In this document: positions 13,490 through 27,421 of the stretch, in pieces
How the letters are laid out: each line of letters starts with the position of its first letter
Numbering within the stretch: position 1 is the stretch's first letter
Origin: the human T2T-CHM13v2.0 reference genome, Homo sapiens
Reading direction: 5' to 3' (one strand)
Assembly: GCF_009914755.1 (NCBI RefSeq)
Contig: NC_060934.1
Length of the DNA stretch: 64,000 nt
Notes under the pieces: model-generated
The model's input: only the letters and a program-made list of their open reading frames with translations
Told to the model about the DNA's origin: nothing
The model's database searches: none
Made by a program: the position numbers and the translations under genes

Positions 13490-13825
13490 TTTTAGTTTCT
13501 CTCTGCCCTCTCTGCCTGATGAATCCCTAATCATTTATTTACTCAATGATTTTTCAAGATTTTCTCATGATCATCTCTTCCAGGAAGACTTCCAAGAGAC
13601 ACTATCTTGATTCTTCCTCTGTGGTCCAGTAGTAGCTGGTGCATTTTTCATTTAGTTCTGTAATCACTGGTTTCCTTGTGTTTCTCCCTCTATTAGACTA
13701 TGTGCATTTTAAGGGGAAAAAAAGTACAATATTACATTCCTCACTGTGTGCTAGGTGCCCAGGGCTGTCCTTGGATACATGTAGTGGGTCCTCCATGAGC
13801 AAACATTTGTTAAATCCATGAATGG
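13490..13825 (+). mobile_element. L2 LINE 3' end
   Basis: TCATCTCTTCCAGGAAGACTTCC; CTATTAGACTATGTGC; AAACATTTGTTAAAT...TGAATG. Confidence 0.65.
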
Positions 13826-14749
13826 TAAAGAGTTCTATATTCAAACCAAGGCTCTGACAATACTTCACTGTAAAGCCTCAAAAAAATTTTTTTTAATATA
13901 AGGCTAGAGATTCTTGCCTCAAGTGGGTTGTTGTAACTGTTAAGGGCAGTGTAAAAGTTCCTTGAAATTTCAAAAGAAAAAAGATACAAAGATGATAGCA
14001 TTATTGTTAAACATGCTCTTTATGCAGCAAAGGTGTTTGTTAAGGTTCATGATTGGTTGAGAATAGTAAGGGAGAAAAACTGAAGTTATGAATCTTTTCT
14101 TTTTCACTTGTTTTTCTGAAGTCCCTAGGATTACTTTTTTGCTACAGGAATACAAGGGGGTTGTCACGTTTTTCTTTCTATGCTTTATGGCTCTCCAGTT
14201 CCAAGTGCTGAGTAGGAAAGATGACTCTTTCACTGTAAGAAATAGTAATAACATTTTCAACTCAAAACTCACTAATCAGATTGATTAGCTGTCCACAAAA
14301 ATAAAATCCTGCAACAACACATTCCTATTTTTAAAACATTTTTTGGCATTTTGTATTTTTTCATTATTTAATAGAGTGAAATTTTATTGCTTGGGGATGC
14401 TCAGTTCACTTGAGAAACCAAACTTAAGAAAAAGACAACTAGAAATTGTCTTTATTGAAGAAAAAATACAGAGATAAAACTAAAGAGAAAAAATGGCTTT
14501 AAATGTGTTGTAACACAGAAAGTCAAGTTAGTTATTTGGGAAGCCACAAAAACTATCATCTCCCAGGCCATAGTTTCAGAAGTTTCTCTGCTTTATCGGG
14601 TTTTACACACTAAACTGAAAGAACAGAAGCCTAATTCTGAAAGAAGCACCAATGAAACACTAAGTATGTTCCTTCTTCCTGTTGGCAGGTAGCTGTTAAG
14701 GTAGATGTTGAGGACAAAATCAAGTGTATCGGAAAGTTTAGTAAACAGA

Positions 14750-14920
14750 AAGCCAGAAAAACTAATTCTACTTCTTGACTTGGTGACTTGGCTGGAAGGT
14801 AGGGGAAGAGGAAGGGTTACTTTTGCTTCTCTGAGTGTCTATTTCTTCATCTGTATGATGGATGAGCAGGACTAGCTGTTCTCTGATACCCCCTACATCT
14901 GAAGTTACCAGATTCTAAAC
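14750..14920 (+). mobile_element. MIR3/MIR remnant
   Basis: CTCTGAGTGTCTATTTCTTCATCTGTATGATGG...GGACTAG. Confidence 0.5.
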
Positions 14921-14984
14921 AAACCTGGTTTTTATATCTTCAGGTACAACTTTCTCTCACCTCAACCAAACCCCATTTTCTCAA

Positions 14985-15112
14985 GCAGGAAGGGAGAAAA
15001 GAAAGGGGGAACAGAGAAAAGAAAGGCGAGAAAGAGGAAAGAAGGTAAGCTGTAAGGAATAGAGGGAGAGAACAAGGGAGGGAAGGAAGAAGTGAGTAAG
15101 AAAGAAAGCAAA
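14985..15112. repeat. GA-rich low-complexity tract
   Basis: Near-continuous purines. Confidence 0.85.
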
Positions 15113-15470
15113 GATTTCAAAAACTGTAACCCTGGACATATTCTAGGCTCTCTCAAGCCTTACAGTAAAGAAGTTTTTTTCTAATAATACCAAATATGAA
15201 TAATTCCTATCATACATGAATAAGTTTGGTTTATTAGTAGTAAACAGATTATCATTCCTAGGATATAAGAAGTAAAGTTGCTTTCTGATAATAAAATTTG
15301 AAAGATGTAATTTAAAACTTATTTATTGTATATACTATATGATATAAACTTCCACAAATAATTTGAAAAAATAATTTCCATAAATATTTCAAAAAATAAT
15401 TTTTCATAAAATTTTAAAATGATTTTTTGCATGGTATGATACTTTTTTTTTACACTCAAAGTATTCCTAG

Positions 15471-15920
15471 GCACTAGTCACGATAGCAAAGACATGGACC
15501 CAACCTAGGTGCTCATCAATGGTGGACTGGAAATGAAAATGTCTTATATATACATCACAGAATACTATATAGCCATGAAAATGTTCCTTGCAGCAATATG
15601 GATGCAGCTGGAGGCCATTATCCTAAGCACATTAATGCAAGAACAGAAAACCAAATACTACATGATCTCACTTATAAGTGGGAGCTAAACATCGAATACA
15701 CATAGACATAAAGATGGCAACGATAGACACTGGGAACTACCAGACTGGGGAAGGCAGGAGGGGGATCATTGGCTGAAAAACTGCCTGTTGGGTACTATGG
15801 TCACTACCTGGGCAACAGGATCATTTGTAAGCCAAACCTCAGTGTCACGCAATATACCCATGTAACAAACCTGTACATGTTCCCTTTAATCTATAATAAA
15901 TGTTGAAATTATAAAGAAAA
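15471..15920 (+). mobile_element. Old primate L1 3' end (L1PA16/L1PB-like)
   Basis: GATGCAGCTGGAGGCCATTATCCTAAG; GGGTACTATGGTCACTACCTGGG; approximate TSD TATTCCTAG / TATTTCTAG. Confidence 0.9.
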
Positions 15921-16504
15921 CATATTTCTAGAAAGCATTAATTAACCATAAATGTTCAGTTATGTTGACTTTCATGGAATTTAAATCTGTTTTCTTTCTA
16001 TGTGTCTAATTTATCACTTTGACAGACGGCTTTCTTTTGACTCTTCTTTTTCTCCTTGATCAGATGATACCACCCGCTTCTCCCCCAATCCCACACACAT
16101 ATAAATGCGTATAGTCATGCTTCTATTCTCTTTCTTCCAGCTTCTTTTTCTTCTCTTATCCCTTTTCCCTCTCATTGTGGTCTTTAACTATTATAGCTGC
16201 TAAGTTAGGGCAAGAAACTCTGTAATATCTCTAATATTGCAGATTAAGAAATGCTGCTGGGTTAGATAACTAAGCTCATAAGGAGCCATGGGGAAGGTGA
16301 GTCAGAAAGAATCCTTATAATATGGACACTGACCTTGTTAATGTTCTGGGCACCGGCGTACACCACCACCCCCCCACCACCCACACACAAAAACTCATAA
16401 TTAGTACTGCCTTTGGGTAGTTACTGCCTCTCATCTTCATGAATCTTAAGTGATAGAAAGAGAGGCTGAAGCTTTATCCATTCCAGAGTAGGAGAAAAGT
16501 GCTT

Positions 16505-16715
16505 ATAAGGGAGTTATGAGTATGGGCTTTATTGTCATACACTCCTGGAATTTCAGTTCTGGATTCAACTAGCTATGTCATCTTGGGCTAGTCATATACA
16601 TTCTTTGACACTTAGAAACCTCGTGTAGCAGGAAGATGATGATGAACGTACTATAACTCTTCACCTTGTGAAGATTAAATAAGATAATGTACCACAAAGC
16701 TCTTAGCACAGTAAA
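16505..16715 (+). mobile_element. MIR remnant
   Basis: ACTAGCTATGTCATCTTGGGC; TTGTGAAGATTAAATAAGATAATGTA; CTTAGCACAGT. Confidence 0.7.
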
Positions 16716-16792
16716 CTTTAGTTTTCATCTCAAGATGTGAAAAATGTATTGGGGTTGAACCTGAATGATGACCTTAAGACCATGCCTCAGAG

Positions 16793-16919
16793 TGTGGTTC
16801 TCATCTAGCTACATCTGTGTCAACTACTACAACAGAACCTCTGTGGGTGGGGCTGAGAGGATGGATTTACATGAGGATCCTGAATGATGCTTTGGCACCA
16901 AGATATTTCTGAAACACTG
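16793..16919. mobile_element. MER5-family hAT element, internally deleted
   Basis: Termini TGTGGTTCTCA...TGAAACACTG; perfect 8-bp TSD CCTCAGAG (16785-16792 / 16920-16927). Confidence 0.7.
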
Positions 16920-17904
16920 CCTCAGAGACTTATCTTCAATTTAAAGTAAAAATCAATAGAAATATTGGATTCAATATGCAGTTTTCAATTTCCAATCAAG
17001 GTTTCTATTGTGTACTTTCAAAAATATTCTTTATCTTCTGTACATTTGTACTGAAAATAATATGTTTTGATGTAGGCCTATTTGGAATAACTTGTGTCTT
17101 CATCCCTAACTTTTGAATAAAAATTACCAACAGACCAAATTTTTGAATTTATATTTTCACAGTGCCTGGTTATTCACAGATATTAAATTTAAGTGTGACA
17201 TTAGTTTAGTCATTTTCAATTGTGTGGGATGTTTTCAAGTTGAGAGAATAATTGAAAGGGATTTTATGTCAGAAGTATATAAATATTTAAATGAAGTTTT
17301 TACCAATATATACTATGTCCTAGTGAATTTGTGGTTAAAGAGCTAATCTTCACCAGGAATCAAGAAAAATTAAGTCACAAATGTGCTATTCAAATAGAAA
17401 ACCTTTGTGATCAAATGAGGACCATACTTGGTTAAAAAAAATTCATTTATTTATTCCTATTTCCATAAGTTGCATTATATCTACACTATTCCCAGGATGA
17501 CCCCAATAGAAGTGTTCTTGCCGGGAAGACATGAATTCCTCGTTCTATACCTGTGAATATGCATGGGATGTCATCAATGGTAAAGTGAGTCTTCCTAAAT
17601 GCTAAATGCCAAGTAGAATAAGAGCAAATGTTGGGCTTAGTTGATTTAGCTATAAAAATACTCAGTGATAAATAAGAATGGTTTCATGATACAACTATGT
17701 TTGGTTTAAGAAAAACAAGTACTTGTTCCTATTCGAAGAGACAACAGCTGAAATGAAAAAGATTTGACAAAGAAAGCATAGTAATGGAATGATTTCTTAA
17801 ACTGACGTGTAGACAAGCAGGTAGATAAAAATCTCTGTCTTGTCTTCAGCATGGTATTTTAGACAGATCAATGAACTGAAGGTGTGAACAGAGTGGAATG
17901 AATA

Positions 17905-18222
17905 CAGTAGTCCTCTCTTATCCAAGGTTTCACTTTCTATAGTTTCAGTTACCCAGGCTCAACCCATGTCATTGTGTTGTATCAACAGTGCAGTAAGATA
18001 TTTTGAGAGAGAAAAAGAGAACAGAAGAGACGACATTCACATAACTTATATTATATGGTTATAGTGGTTCTCTTTTATTATTAGTTGTTAACCTCTTACT
18101 ATGCCTAATTTATAAATTAAACTATCACAGATATACATATATATATGGCTTGGTACTACTCAGTTTCAGGCATCCACTGAGGGTATTAGAAAGTATCCCT
18201 TGCAGATAAAGGGGGACTTCTG
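17905..18222 (+). mobile_element. MER44A (Tigger7-derived) MITE
   Basis: TIRs CAGTAGTCCTCTCTTATCC / GATAAAGGGGGACTTCTG; internal TGCCTAATTTATAAATTAAACT and TTTCAGGCATCCACTG. Confidence 0.88.
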
Positions 18223-19519
18223 CAAAACAGTAAGAATTGGAAAGCACAGCATGTATTACTTCATCAGGGAAAATGCCTTATACATTGCTATAACACAAGA
18301 AATGATACCGACGGGACAGAAAAACAAGCAGGCTCCATTGATTTTCCCTGGCTCCTCATATTCCTTACTAATGCACTTGAGGAAGTAAATAATGCATACA
18401 ACTGATTGCATTAGAGGTGACTGTCTCCTTATTCATGCATAAGTCAAAAGGCATTATTAGTGCGTTAGAGACTTGGAATCAGTTCCAGATTGCAGAGTCT
18501 CTTTGCCTAATGACTGTCACAAATGGGAAACTCACAAACCAAAGCAACCAAACAAGACTTTTTTCATAGTTAGCTCATATATTGCCTTCCTTTGCATCAT
18601 AAAAATAAAAATGTTGTTTTATGGAACAAACACTTTTTTAATGCATGAAATTTTTATCAAGTAAGAAAAGACATAAAAGGTTTTCATAAAGGAATATTAT
18701 ATTGTCCTTTGTGATCCTTCTTAAATCGGTTGTTGTTATTTCTTTTTTAACCTAGGCAAGATAATCGTAAACAAATTGATGTTACAAGCCTTATGTGATT
18801 GTCTCAATAATTTGTATAGCCTGGGGAAGGACTATATATCTTAATCCATTATTGTATCTTTCATTGCTTAATTATGGTAGATGTTCAATAAAGCAGGATG
18901 GTTCTTCCATATAATTTTATATTATTGATAAATAACCAAAAGTATCCTCTCCCTGATCACTCATTTGCATATGGTCTACAAAATGTTAATTGAACTATGT
19001 TTTCTTCTAGTAAATTCTGCAACAGTGACGTACTTTGACTTTGTCACTACGGAAGCATTGTTAATTTAACTTTGGTACCACTGATTTTTATAACATTTAT
19101 TTCTGCAGCTTTTTAATCTCCCAGAGCCTTCCATATTATGTTCAATACCTGGCTTTGGTGAGCATTTTCAATGGTAAAACAAACTCATTCCCCTTTTGGT
19201 GGGTAGGTTGTGTTTTTTTCCCTTACTCCTGAGTGGGATCTGTGCAAAAGCACAAAGGACTGGTTAAGTTTTCAGTTAAGATGATGGGATGTATGAGATT
19301 TATAAATGGAATGGAATGTTGATGATCTAAAAATCCATGGCCTCTGCACAAAAGCCAAGCTAATTTCTAGAACATGTAAGAAAAAGTAAACTTGATTTAA
19401 TAGATAGGAACATATTACTTCTTTTAAAAATCTATTCTAAATTCTTCCTGGCACTATAACAGACCTTCCCTCTTGCAACTTAGTAGGATTAAGTTTAATA
19501 GGATTAAATTTAGTTCTAA

Positions 19520-19680
19520 TTTTTTGAAAAAACTTTTAGAGTAATTTAAAATTTACAGAAAAGTTGCAAAGAAAATACCATGCCCCATGCCCAGTTTTCC
19601 CTACCGGCAATGTCTTGTGTTATGTATGTCACAACTAATGACAAATATTGATACATTTAATTAACTGAAGTTCAGTCCTA
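19520..19680 (-). mobile_element. L1M 3' end fragment
   Basis: AAATTTACAGAAAAGTTGCAAAGA...CCCAGTTTTCCCTA. Confidence 0.65.
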
Positions 19681-19986
19681 ACATTTTAAAAATACATTAT
19701 ATTGAAAAGAAAATATTTTATATATAATTAATTGATTGTTTCTCAGGTTTAAAATAAAGACCAATTAGAAAATATATGTAGCAAAAATAGCATGCCATAT
19801 TAATTCGTAAGAAATGATTTTGTGATTCAATACAGGTGACCAGATAGAAATGTATAACAAATATACAGTTTTATATATGCTATTGTGTTATAATTTATTT
19901 CAATAGTATATTTATTTAGACTTTAATGTACCACAACTAAAATAAATTCTGCAAGAAACATTGTGTGCTTAGACGGTTTTGAACAG

Positions 19987-20380
19987 GGCTGGGCAAGGTG
20001 GCTCATGCCTGTAATCCTAGTGATTTGGGAGTCTGAGATGAGAGGATTTCTTGAGCCCAGGAGTTTGAGAACAGCTTGGGTAACATAGTGAGACCCTGTA
20101 TCTAAAAAAAAGAAGAAAAAGAAAAGAAAAGAAAAAGAAAAAAAGAAAAAATTAGCTGGGTGTGGTAGCTGGGTATGGTGGATACAGTCTATCTGGGACT
20201 ATAGACTATATGCCTATAGTCCCAGATATGCTGGAGGGAGCAGAGGGAAGCTAAGGCAAGAGAATCATGTGAGCCTGGGAAGTTGTGGCTGCAGTGAGCT
20301 GTGGTCATGCCACTGCACTCCAGCCTGGGTGACAAGAGAGACAGAGTGAGACCCTGTCTCAAAAAATTAAAAAAGAAAAA
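19987..20380 (+). mobile_element. AluJ with internal micro-rearrangements
   Basis: TTGAGCCCAGGAGTTTGAG; expanded A-rich linker; approximate TSD ACGGTTTTGAACAG / ACAGATTTTCAACAG. Confidence 0.92.
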
Positions 20381-20454
20381 CAGATTTTCAACAGAAAGCT
20401 ATCTTCCCATTTAACTTGAAAAAATTAAGTATTATCTTGTAAGGTCAGTCATCT

Positions 20455-20585
20455 CAGTAATAACCGTTTACTGAGGACTGTGTGTCAGGTGTTTTGCAAA
20501 GTGCTTGACACACATTATGTTCCATCCTATCAACAGCCCTTCCATGTTTGTTTCTATGTTATAGATGAGGAAATTGAAACTCAGC
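20455..20585 (-). mobile_element. MIR remnant
   Basis: ATAGATGAGGAAATTGAAACTCAG; TTTACTGAGGACTGTGTGTCAGG. Confidence 0.7.
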
Positions 20586-20644
20586 AAAGAATAGAAAGTA
20601 GCTTAGGGATAAACAAACAGCCAAGAAATGATCGATACAGGTTT

Positions 20645-20720
20645 AAAGGAGGAGGAAGAAGGGGTGGGGAGAGGAAAGTGGGGAAGTGGAGAAGGGGAGG
20701 AAGAGGAAGAAGAGAAAAGA
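20645..20720. repeat. GA-rich tract
   Basis: Purine-rich run. Confidence 0.8.
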
Positions 20721-20901
20721 TGTCCAGGGGAAATAATCTCCTAAAGCATAAAGTATGTAATACCACCTCATGTTTGTAACAGGAGATTCAGTACTTAAAT
20801 CCAATCCTGATTAATGGAATAGAGTGTTTAGTCATCTTTGCATTACGTAAATGAGAGTGATTGGTCTAAACTGGCATTTTTGCAAATTAGGTTTTTTTTC
20901 A

Positions 20902-21258
<357 letters not shown>

Positions 21259-21792
21259 TGCTACTGTAACGTGTGAAAATTATTAATGAATTTTATGTCA
21301 CAGGTTTTCATCTTTTGCAAGGGGATGTTTGTGGTAGTTATTTATAAAGAGGCTGAGAGATAAAAATTATATTAAACTGAGTAGTTCTTATAAGGCATTA
21401 AAATGAATTATCTTACTACTTAGCAGAATTGTGAGGTTCTGTTACTCAAGATTTCTAAGTGGAGATAGTAGGAAACTTTTCTTTTGGTTTAGTAATCCAT
21501 AGATACGTGTGCATCTTTGTGTTATAAGGTAGAGGCTTAGGATGTTTGAGGCTCTTGTTATACTCCTGACCCTGAATTCCTTTCTTGATTGGGAATAACA
21601 AGATAAATACACCTGGGGCACCATCTGGAAATGTATTATCTCTCTTTGATTACTATAATTTCTGTGTCTGATTGTCACAGCTGGAGTCTCTTGAATTTGG
21701 GGGCTCCAACAGGGTATTTTTGCCTATTTTGAAAATGTAAGTAACAATCAACATTTATCAATGTTATTTTTAAATGTAAGCATCATACTTTA

Positions 21793-22107
21793 TTTATTTA
21801 TTTATTTAGAGACAGAGTCTCATTCTGTCACCCAGGCTGGAGTAGAGTGGTGCAATCTTAGCTATCTGCAGCATTGAACTACTAGGGTCCAGTGATCCTT
21901 TCACCTCAGCCTCCTGAGTAGCTGAGACTACAGGTGCATGCCAGCATGCCCAGCTATTTTTTTTATTATTTTTATTTTTATTTGTATTTTAAAGACAGGG
22001 TCTCATTATGTTGCCCAGGCTGGTCTCTAACTCCTGGTCTCAAGTGATCCTCCCACCTTGGCCTCCCAAAGTATGAGGATTATAGGTATGAGCCTCCACA
22101 CCTAACC
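21793..22107 (-). mobile_element. AluJ, full length
   Basis: (TTTA)n tail; perfect 14-bp TSD AGCATCATACTTTA. Confidence 0.95.
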
Positions 22108-22194
22108 AGCATCATACTTTAGATTCAATCTTCAGAAAATGGTTTTGCTTCAGCATTGTTTATTAAGTAGAAAATAAGTTTCAAAACCAAAGAA

Positions 22195-22466
22195 CAGGCT
22201 AGGAAGAGTTTGTTAAAGGGTACAAAATTACAGCTAGATAGGAAGAATGAGTTCTAGTGTTGTACACCACTGTAGATTACTATAGTTAGCAATAATGTAT
22301 AGCTGCAAATAGCTAGAAGGAGAATATTGAACATTTTAAATATACAGAAATGATAAATGTTTGAGATATTGAATATGCTATTTATCCTGATCCGATCACT
22401 ATGCATTCTGTGTATGGAAACACTATGTACCCCATGAATATGTATAATTATTTTCAATTTTAAAAA
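22195..22466 (+). mobile_element. L1MA-type 3' end
   Basis: GGGTACAAAATTACAGCTAGATAGGAAGAAT; AGAAATGATAAATGTTTGAG; TGTACCCCATGAATATGTA. Confidence 0.85.
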
Positions 22467-23164
22467 GGAGAGTTAATGCTAAATGAGTTTCTCAGTGGTC
22501 TAATTGCTTTTGGATTCAGAATCTCTCTTTTTAATCATCAGATATACAGCTTGAGATTTCACATTTCAGCCTAAAGAAACACAGTAATATTAAGTAAAGG
22601 TTTGATACACTGCAGCTGTAACAACAGCAACAGAACGTTTGTCGACTGTTACTCCGTTACCCAAATTGGAAAAGAACGTGTATAGTAGTAATTTATGTTT
22701 TTGGTAACAGAAGAAGGAAACATAATTTCACAAAACATTTTTATTTTTTTCCAAATAATATTTGAAAAATGAGGATGCTTCTCAGAAGAACCCAAACAAA
22801 TACTAATCTCGGCCACTATGTTGACCTCTGCAAAGGCAATGTAAATGGGAGAGACCCAGGGAATAGCTTGGTATTTATCAAAGACATCATAATTTGCTTC
22901 TTCCACACCATCTCACTAGGACATATGTTTACTGATAAAGACCCAGATACATGAGATAAGTGTTATGGAAAAGAACTAACTTCTTCTGTTAATTGGCAAT
23001 CCTACTCTTTAGGTAACTGCTTCCCAGTAAATTAAGACCAATCAGTAAGCTTTCTTTGATCAGGTCAGCTAAGAGAATCAGGGGCATCATTTTTCTTAGG
23101 AAAAAACTATTTTTAATTATATTCTGTTTTCATCATAATCTCATATACCTTTGGGGCATCAGGA

Positions 23165-23620
23165 AATCATTATTGCATACCTACTACGTGCTGGGTACTT
23201 TTTTATGTACTAAGGAGACAGTAATGAAAAAATAAACAGGCAAAACAAAACAAAACAAAACAAAAAAACCCTTTTTCTCACATATGTACTAATGGGAAAA
23301 AGCTAGACAATTGATAAAATATATAAGGAGATTGTATTCTATTCTTTGTTATAATAGATAGTGGTAAATGCTATAGAGAGAAATAAAAAGGCCTAGAGTT
23401 TGGGGGCAGTGGTTAAGATTACAGCTTTTAAGGATGAAATCAGGGATGTATCACTGAAGAGGGACAGTTGGATAAAAGTTTTAAGGAGATGAGGGAGTGA
23501 GCTTTGCAGATATTGAAGACAGGAGCATCCAGGTGGGAGGAAGCGTGTGTAAAGGCCCTGAGAATGGCACGTTTGGAAGTTTAAGACATGACAGACGACC
23601 TTGCACATAGGAGGAATGCA
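23165..23620 (-). mobile_element. L2 fragment
   Basis: CCTACTACGTGCTGGGTACT; TGTAAAGGCCCTGAG. Confidence 0.7.
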
Positions 23621-25419
23621 GAGCATATTTCATTAAATCAATAGTAGGCTTCAAGATATTAAGTGTTTTTCCGTACATTATGGTCTAATTCAATGACATT
23701 CTTTCTTTACGCACAGGTAATAGGATTGAATTTGACAAGAATATTCAAATATGGTTCACAAACTGAAAACAGTTTGCTTCGTATGTAGGATTTCATATAA
23801 TTTCAAGCCTTGTTTTTTCATTCACTCTTCATATTAATGCTTTAAACAGTTGTAACTTTCTCTCATAATTGTGAATTGGTTTTTCCAGGAGTGTAATTGG
23901 CTGTGAAATTGGACTCTTTTTTTCTTCTGTAAACTGTCTTCATGCTTTGTGGAGAATAGCATTCTCCAATTTCTCTTCCTTCCTTTATTTTTGCTTTGTT
24001 GAATAGTTTCACCCAGAAGAGAAAGAGAAAATCCCTGAAAGCATTACACACAAAAGGTCATTTGTCCTATTGCCAGCTCAATGATAAAAGCTCAGAGAGT
24101 GAATAGTACTCCCCTGCAAAATAAGCGTTGATAATTGAAACACCAAACAAACAAAATAGATACCAAATTCTTTGAAACAATAGTCTACTGCTGCCCTCTC
24201 AAATTGGGATACATTTTTCTTTTCTTACAAATCAAAAACCCTAAAACCCTAAAGGATTCACTCTCCAAAAGCCTTTCTCTTGAGTTTTGTCCTGCAATTT
24301 GAATAAGCTCTTTGTCTTCATACTGTCCTCACATTGCTGAGGGAGCTCTGATGAGCATATACCCCTCTTTCCAAGAGGGTATGGTGACAGAGCAGACCCT
24401 AGCCCCTGCTGCTGTTCTCTTGCTCCACCAAGAGAATGAGTGGCAGTGCTTTCTGTGAATAAAACAAAAAAATATAAAGCATACATCAAACTGTACAGTC
24501 AGTACTGAAAGTGCCCAAGTGCCATCCTGTTCATGCCGTGAGCTATATGATTGGCCTGGGTGTAGAAGCCTGAAGGTGAATTATCCTGTTGGGTTCAGAT
24601 GAGTGCAAATTAGCTGCAATTTAAGTATTAAAGTGGATATGAACTTGAACTAGAGTATATCCAATGTGCAAACTAATTGTAGCCATTTTATCTAGCAGGT
24701 TCCAAAATTACCCTTGAAACTTAAAACACTTGTTCCTGAAAATTCTTATGAAATAGCCTCTGTTCAAATTAGAAGGGAATAAACCTCATAGAGCTTCTGG
24801 TTAAATGTGAAGACATTTACTTTTGGTGAAAAAAAAATGCATCAGCTATTTATATCAGAATATGTGGATTGGAATACTGACTCTAACTCTTAGTAACTAA
24901 CCCATTTGGGAAATACGCAATAATGAAGTTGGCAGTGTTTTTGGTGTTCTTTCAAACTGGGTTCTGAACTTATTTATTATATGTCTGGCAATGGGAAATT
25001 AAAGAAGAAAAATAGATATAGCAGACTTATTCCTGGAAGAGCATCTTGGGAAGATAAGACATATATATGATAGAGATTAAAGAGTAAAGTAATTAATATA
25101 ATGATTGGTATCACTATAATACCAGAAACAAGGCTTAAGTGCCAAATGTAGAAAATATAATGTTTGAGTCCTAAGGAGGGAGAAATTATGGCACACTGGC
25201 AATTCCTAGAAATTTCTCTCTCCAGGGATAAGACTTGGCACTTGACTATGATATGTCAAAGTTAGAACAGAACATAGAGACTACCTGGCTCAGTTTCTCA
25301 TCACACAGATATTAAGAATTCCACAGTCCCACAAAGCTGCAAGTTAAATGGGCCTGCAGCAAAGACTTCCTAAGCCCTAAACCAAGCAGTTCTTTCCTTG
25401 TTTTATGTACTCATTTCTG

Positions 25420-25780
25420 AGTAAATAAACTCATTGAACAAGCGTTTTGAGTGCCTATATGTTCCAGACGCTGCTCTGAGTGTTGAGAACCAGTGGGCAA
25501 AATTTACAAAATCAATTGATGTAATGGAACTAGCTTTCTAGTAGATTATATACACAGTGAGTTTATATTTTTGAAAATAATTTTTCTTAGTGAAAAGAAT
25601 GTAATGGGGTTGGGGTGGGCAGGTAAGATAGTGAAGGTTTCTCCGAGAAGTTGTCATTCACACAGAGAATTAAATTATAAAGAGTCAGCTATGGGCGGGA
25701 AAACATTTCCAGCAGTGAGAAAACAAGGATCAAAAGCTCTGGGGGAAGAAAATGCGACTGGATGGAGGACCCACAGGAGG
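25420..25780 (-). mobile_element. L2 fragment
   Basis: TTTTGAGTGCCTATATGTTCCAGACGCTG; CATTTCCAGCAGTGAGAA...AAAGCTCTG. Confidence 0.6.
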
Positions 25781-25969
25781 TATTCCATATCTGTAAACAA
25801 AGATATGGAAATGAGAAGCAGTCATTGTCCTGTGATCACTGATTGTTCTTTTAATATAAGTTCCCACTTCAATATGATAAGGACACCCCATTGGGAAGAC
25901 AAAAAAATACAGTAGATCTTAAATGTTGTCAATATATAGACACATACACACACATAAAAAAAAAAGAGA

Positions 25970-26140
25970 GAGAGAGAAAGAAAAAACAAGGTAGTGGTAA
26001 CTATGGGAGGTGATAATATGTTAATTAGTTTAATTGTGATTACTTCACAATGTGTACATATATCACAACACTAAGTTGTTCATCTTAAATAATTTTATTT
26101 ATAAATGATACCACAATAAAGCTGGAAAAATTAGAAAATA
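25970..26140 (+). mobile_element. L1M 3' end fragment
   Basis: GGTAACTATGGGAGGTGATAATATGTTAATTAG; CAATAAAGCTGGAAAAA. Confidence 0.75.
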
Positions 26141-26625
26141 CTATACATAACTTGAGGATTCAACTCAATTTTAAAAATTTTCTTTGTACTGACATTTGCC
26201 ATTCTGTTTATTTTTTGAATATATGTGCCTCTCCCTACTCACTTTATATGAAATAATGTAGTAGGCTGATGGTTGGGGTGGGAGAGATGAACCACTTTTT
26301 CATGTTCACACCTGCGGCACCAAAAGCAAAAGAAAGCCTCCAAGGATCACTATCAGGATGCTGGTCCCTGGGACCTTTCCCTGTCAAAGCCCATCTGCCT
26401 TCCTAGACACTTTTCTGAGTAAACAAGGGCTGATTTCCAGGCAGCACTTATGTGGTTAGTTTAAATTTTGTACATCAGGGCATTCGAGGGAGACCACATT
26501 ACCCAGTGGGAGTTTACTTGGCAAAGTACATCCTTCTACAGGAGAATGTAAGAGTTTTACATTACAGGATTCAGCCAGATATGGTGCAAAATGCAATTAA
26601 CTGGTTATTTTTAAAAACCATACTG

Positions 26626-26914
26626 TTTTTTTGAGACAGAGTCTCCCTCTATCACCCAGGCTGGAAGACAGTGAGTTGATCTCGGCTCACTGGAACCTCC
26701 ACCTCCTGGGTTCAAACAATTATTGTGCCTCAGTCTCCCAAGTAGCTGAAACTACTGGCCTGCACCACCACGCCCAGCTAATTTTTGTATTTTTTGTAGA
26801 GATGGGTTTTTGCCATGTTGGCCAGGCTGTTCTCAAACTCCTGACCTCAGGTGATCTGCCCACCTCAGCCTCTCAAAGTGCTGGGATTACAGGTGTCAGC
26901 CACCATGCTTGGCC
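26626..26914 (-). mobile_element. AluS (Sx-like), full length
   Basis: CTCCTGACCTCAGGTGATCTGCCC. Confidence 0.96.
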
Positions 26915-27421
26915 TTAAAGCATTTCATTTGAAGTTTTGTCAGAACTGGCAAATATTGGACCCTAAGTTTGATGGAGAAAGGTATTCTGGGCTGCTTTCT
27001 TGCCTTTCAGCTTGTTGGCAGTATCATTATCAGAATAACTTCTTCCCTGTTCATGGAAAAAATGTCAATGGCTGCTAATCTGGAAAGAGAATGTGTAATT
27101 TAAATGGGAAGGTGAATCATGGTTTGTCCTCCCAAGAAAAAAAAAATGCTTCACTAGAGTTGCAAAGTGGACTTAGGTATTTTCATTTCTTTCCCATGTT
27201 GAACAATCTTCACCCTTATGTATTTTCAGAGTATTGTCTGAATGAGTGAAATAAGATGACATTTTATTGGCAGATTTTTCGGATTCAAATGCATATATAG
27301 TGCAGGGAATACATTTCTTAATTTGATTGATGAGGATCCGATACACTCACTGTCTCCTCTGAGGAGCAATTGGTTACATGTAGAGCATAACGTAAATAAT
27401 TTGAATCCATTTTTTCATATA

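Noticed and set aside
17490-17592. Possible exon CCCAG|GATGACC...CAATG|GTAAAG
   Set aside because: Weak pyrimidine tract and stops in all three frames; no supporting evidence.
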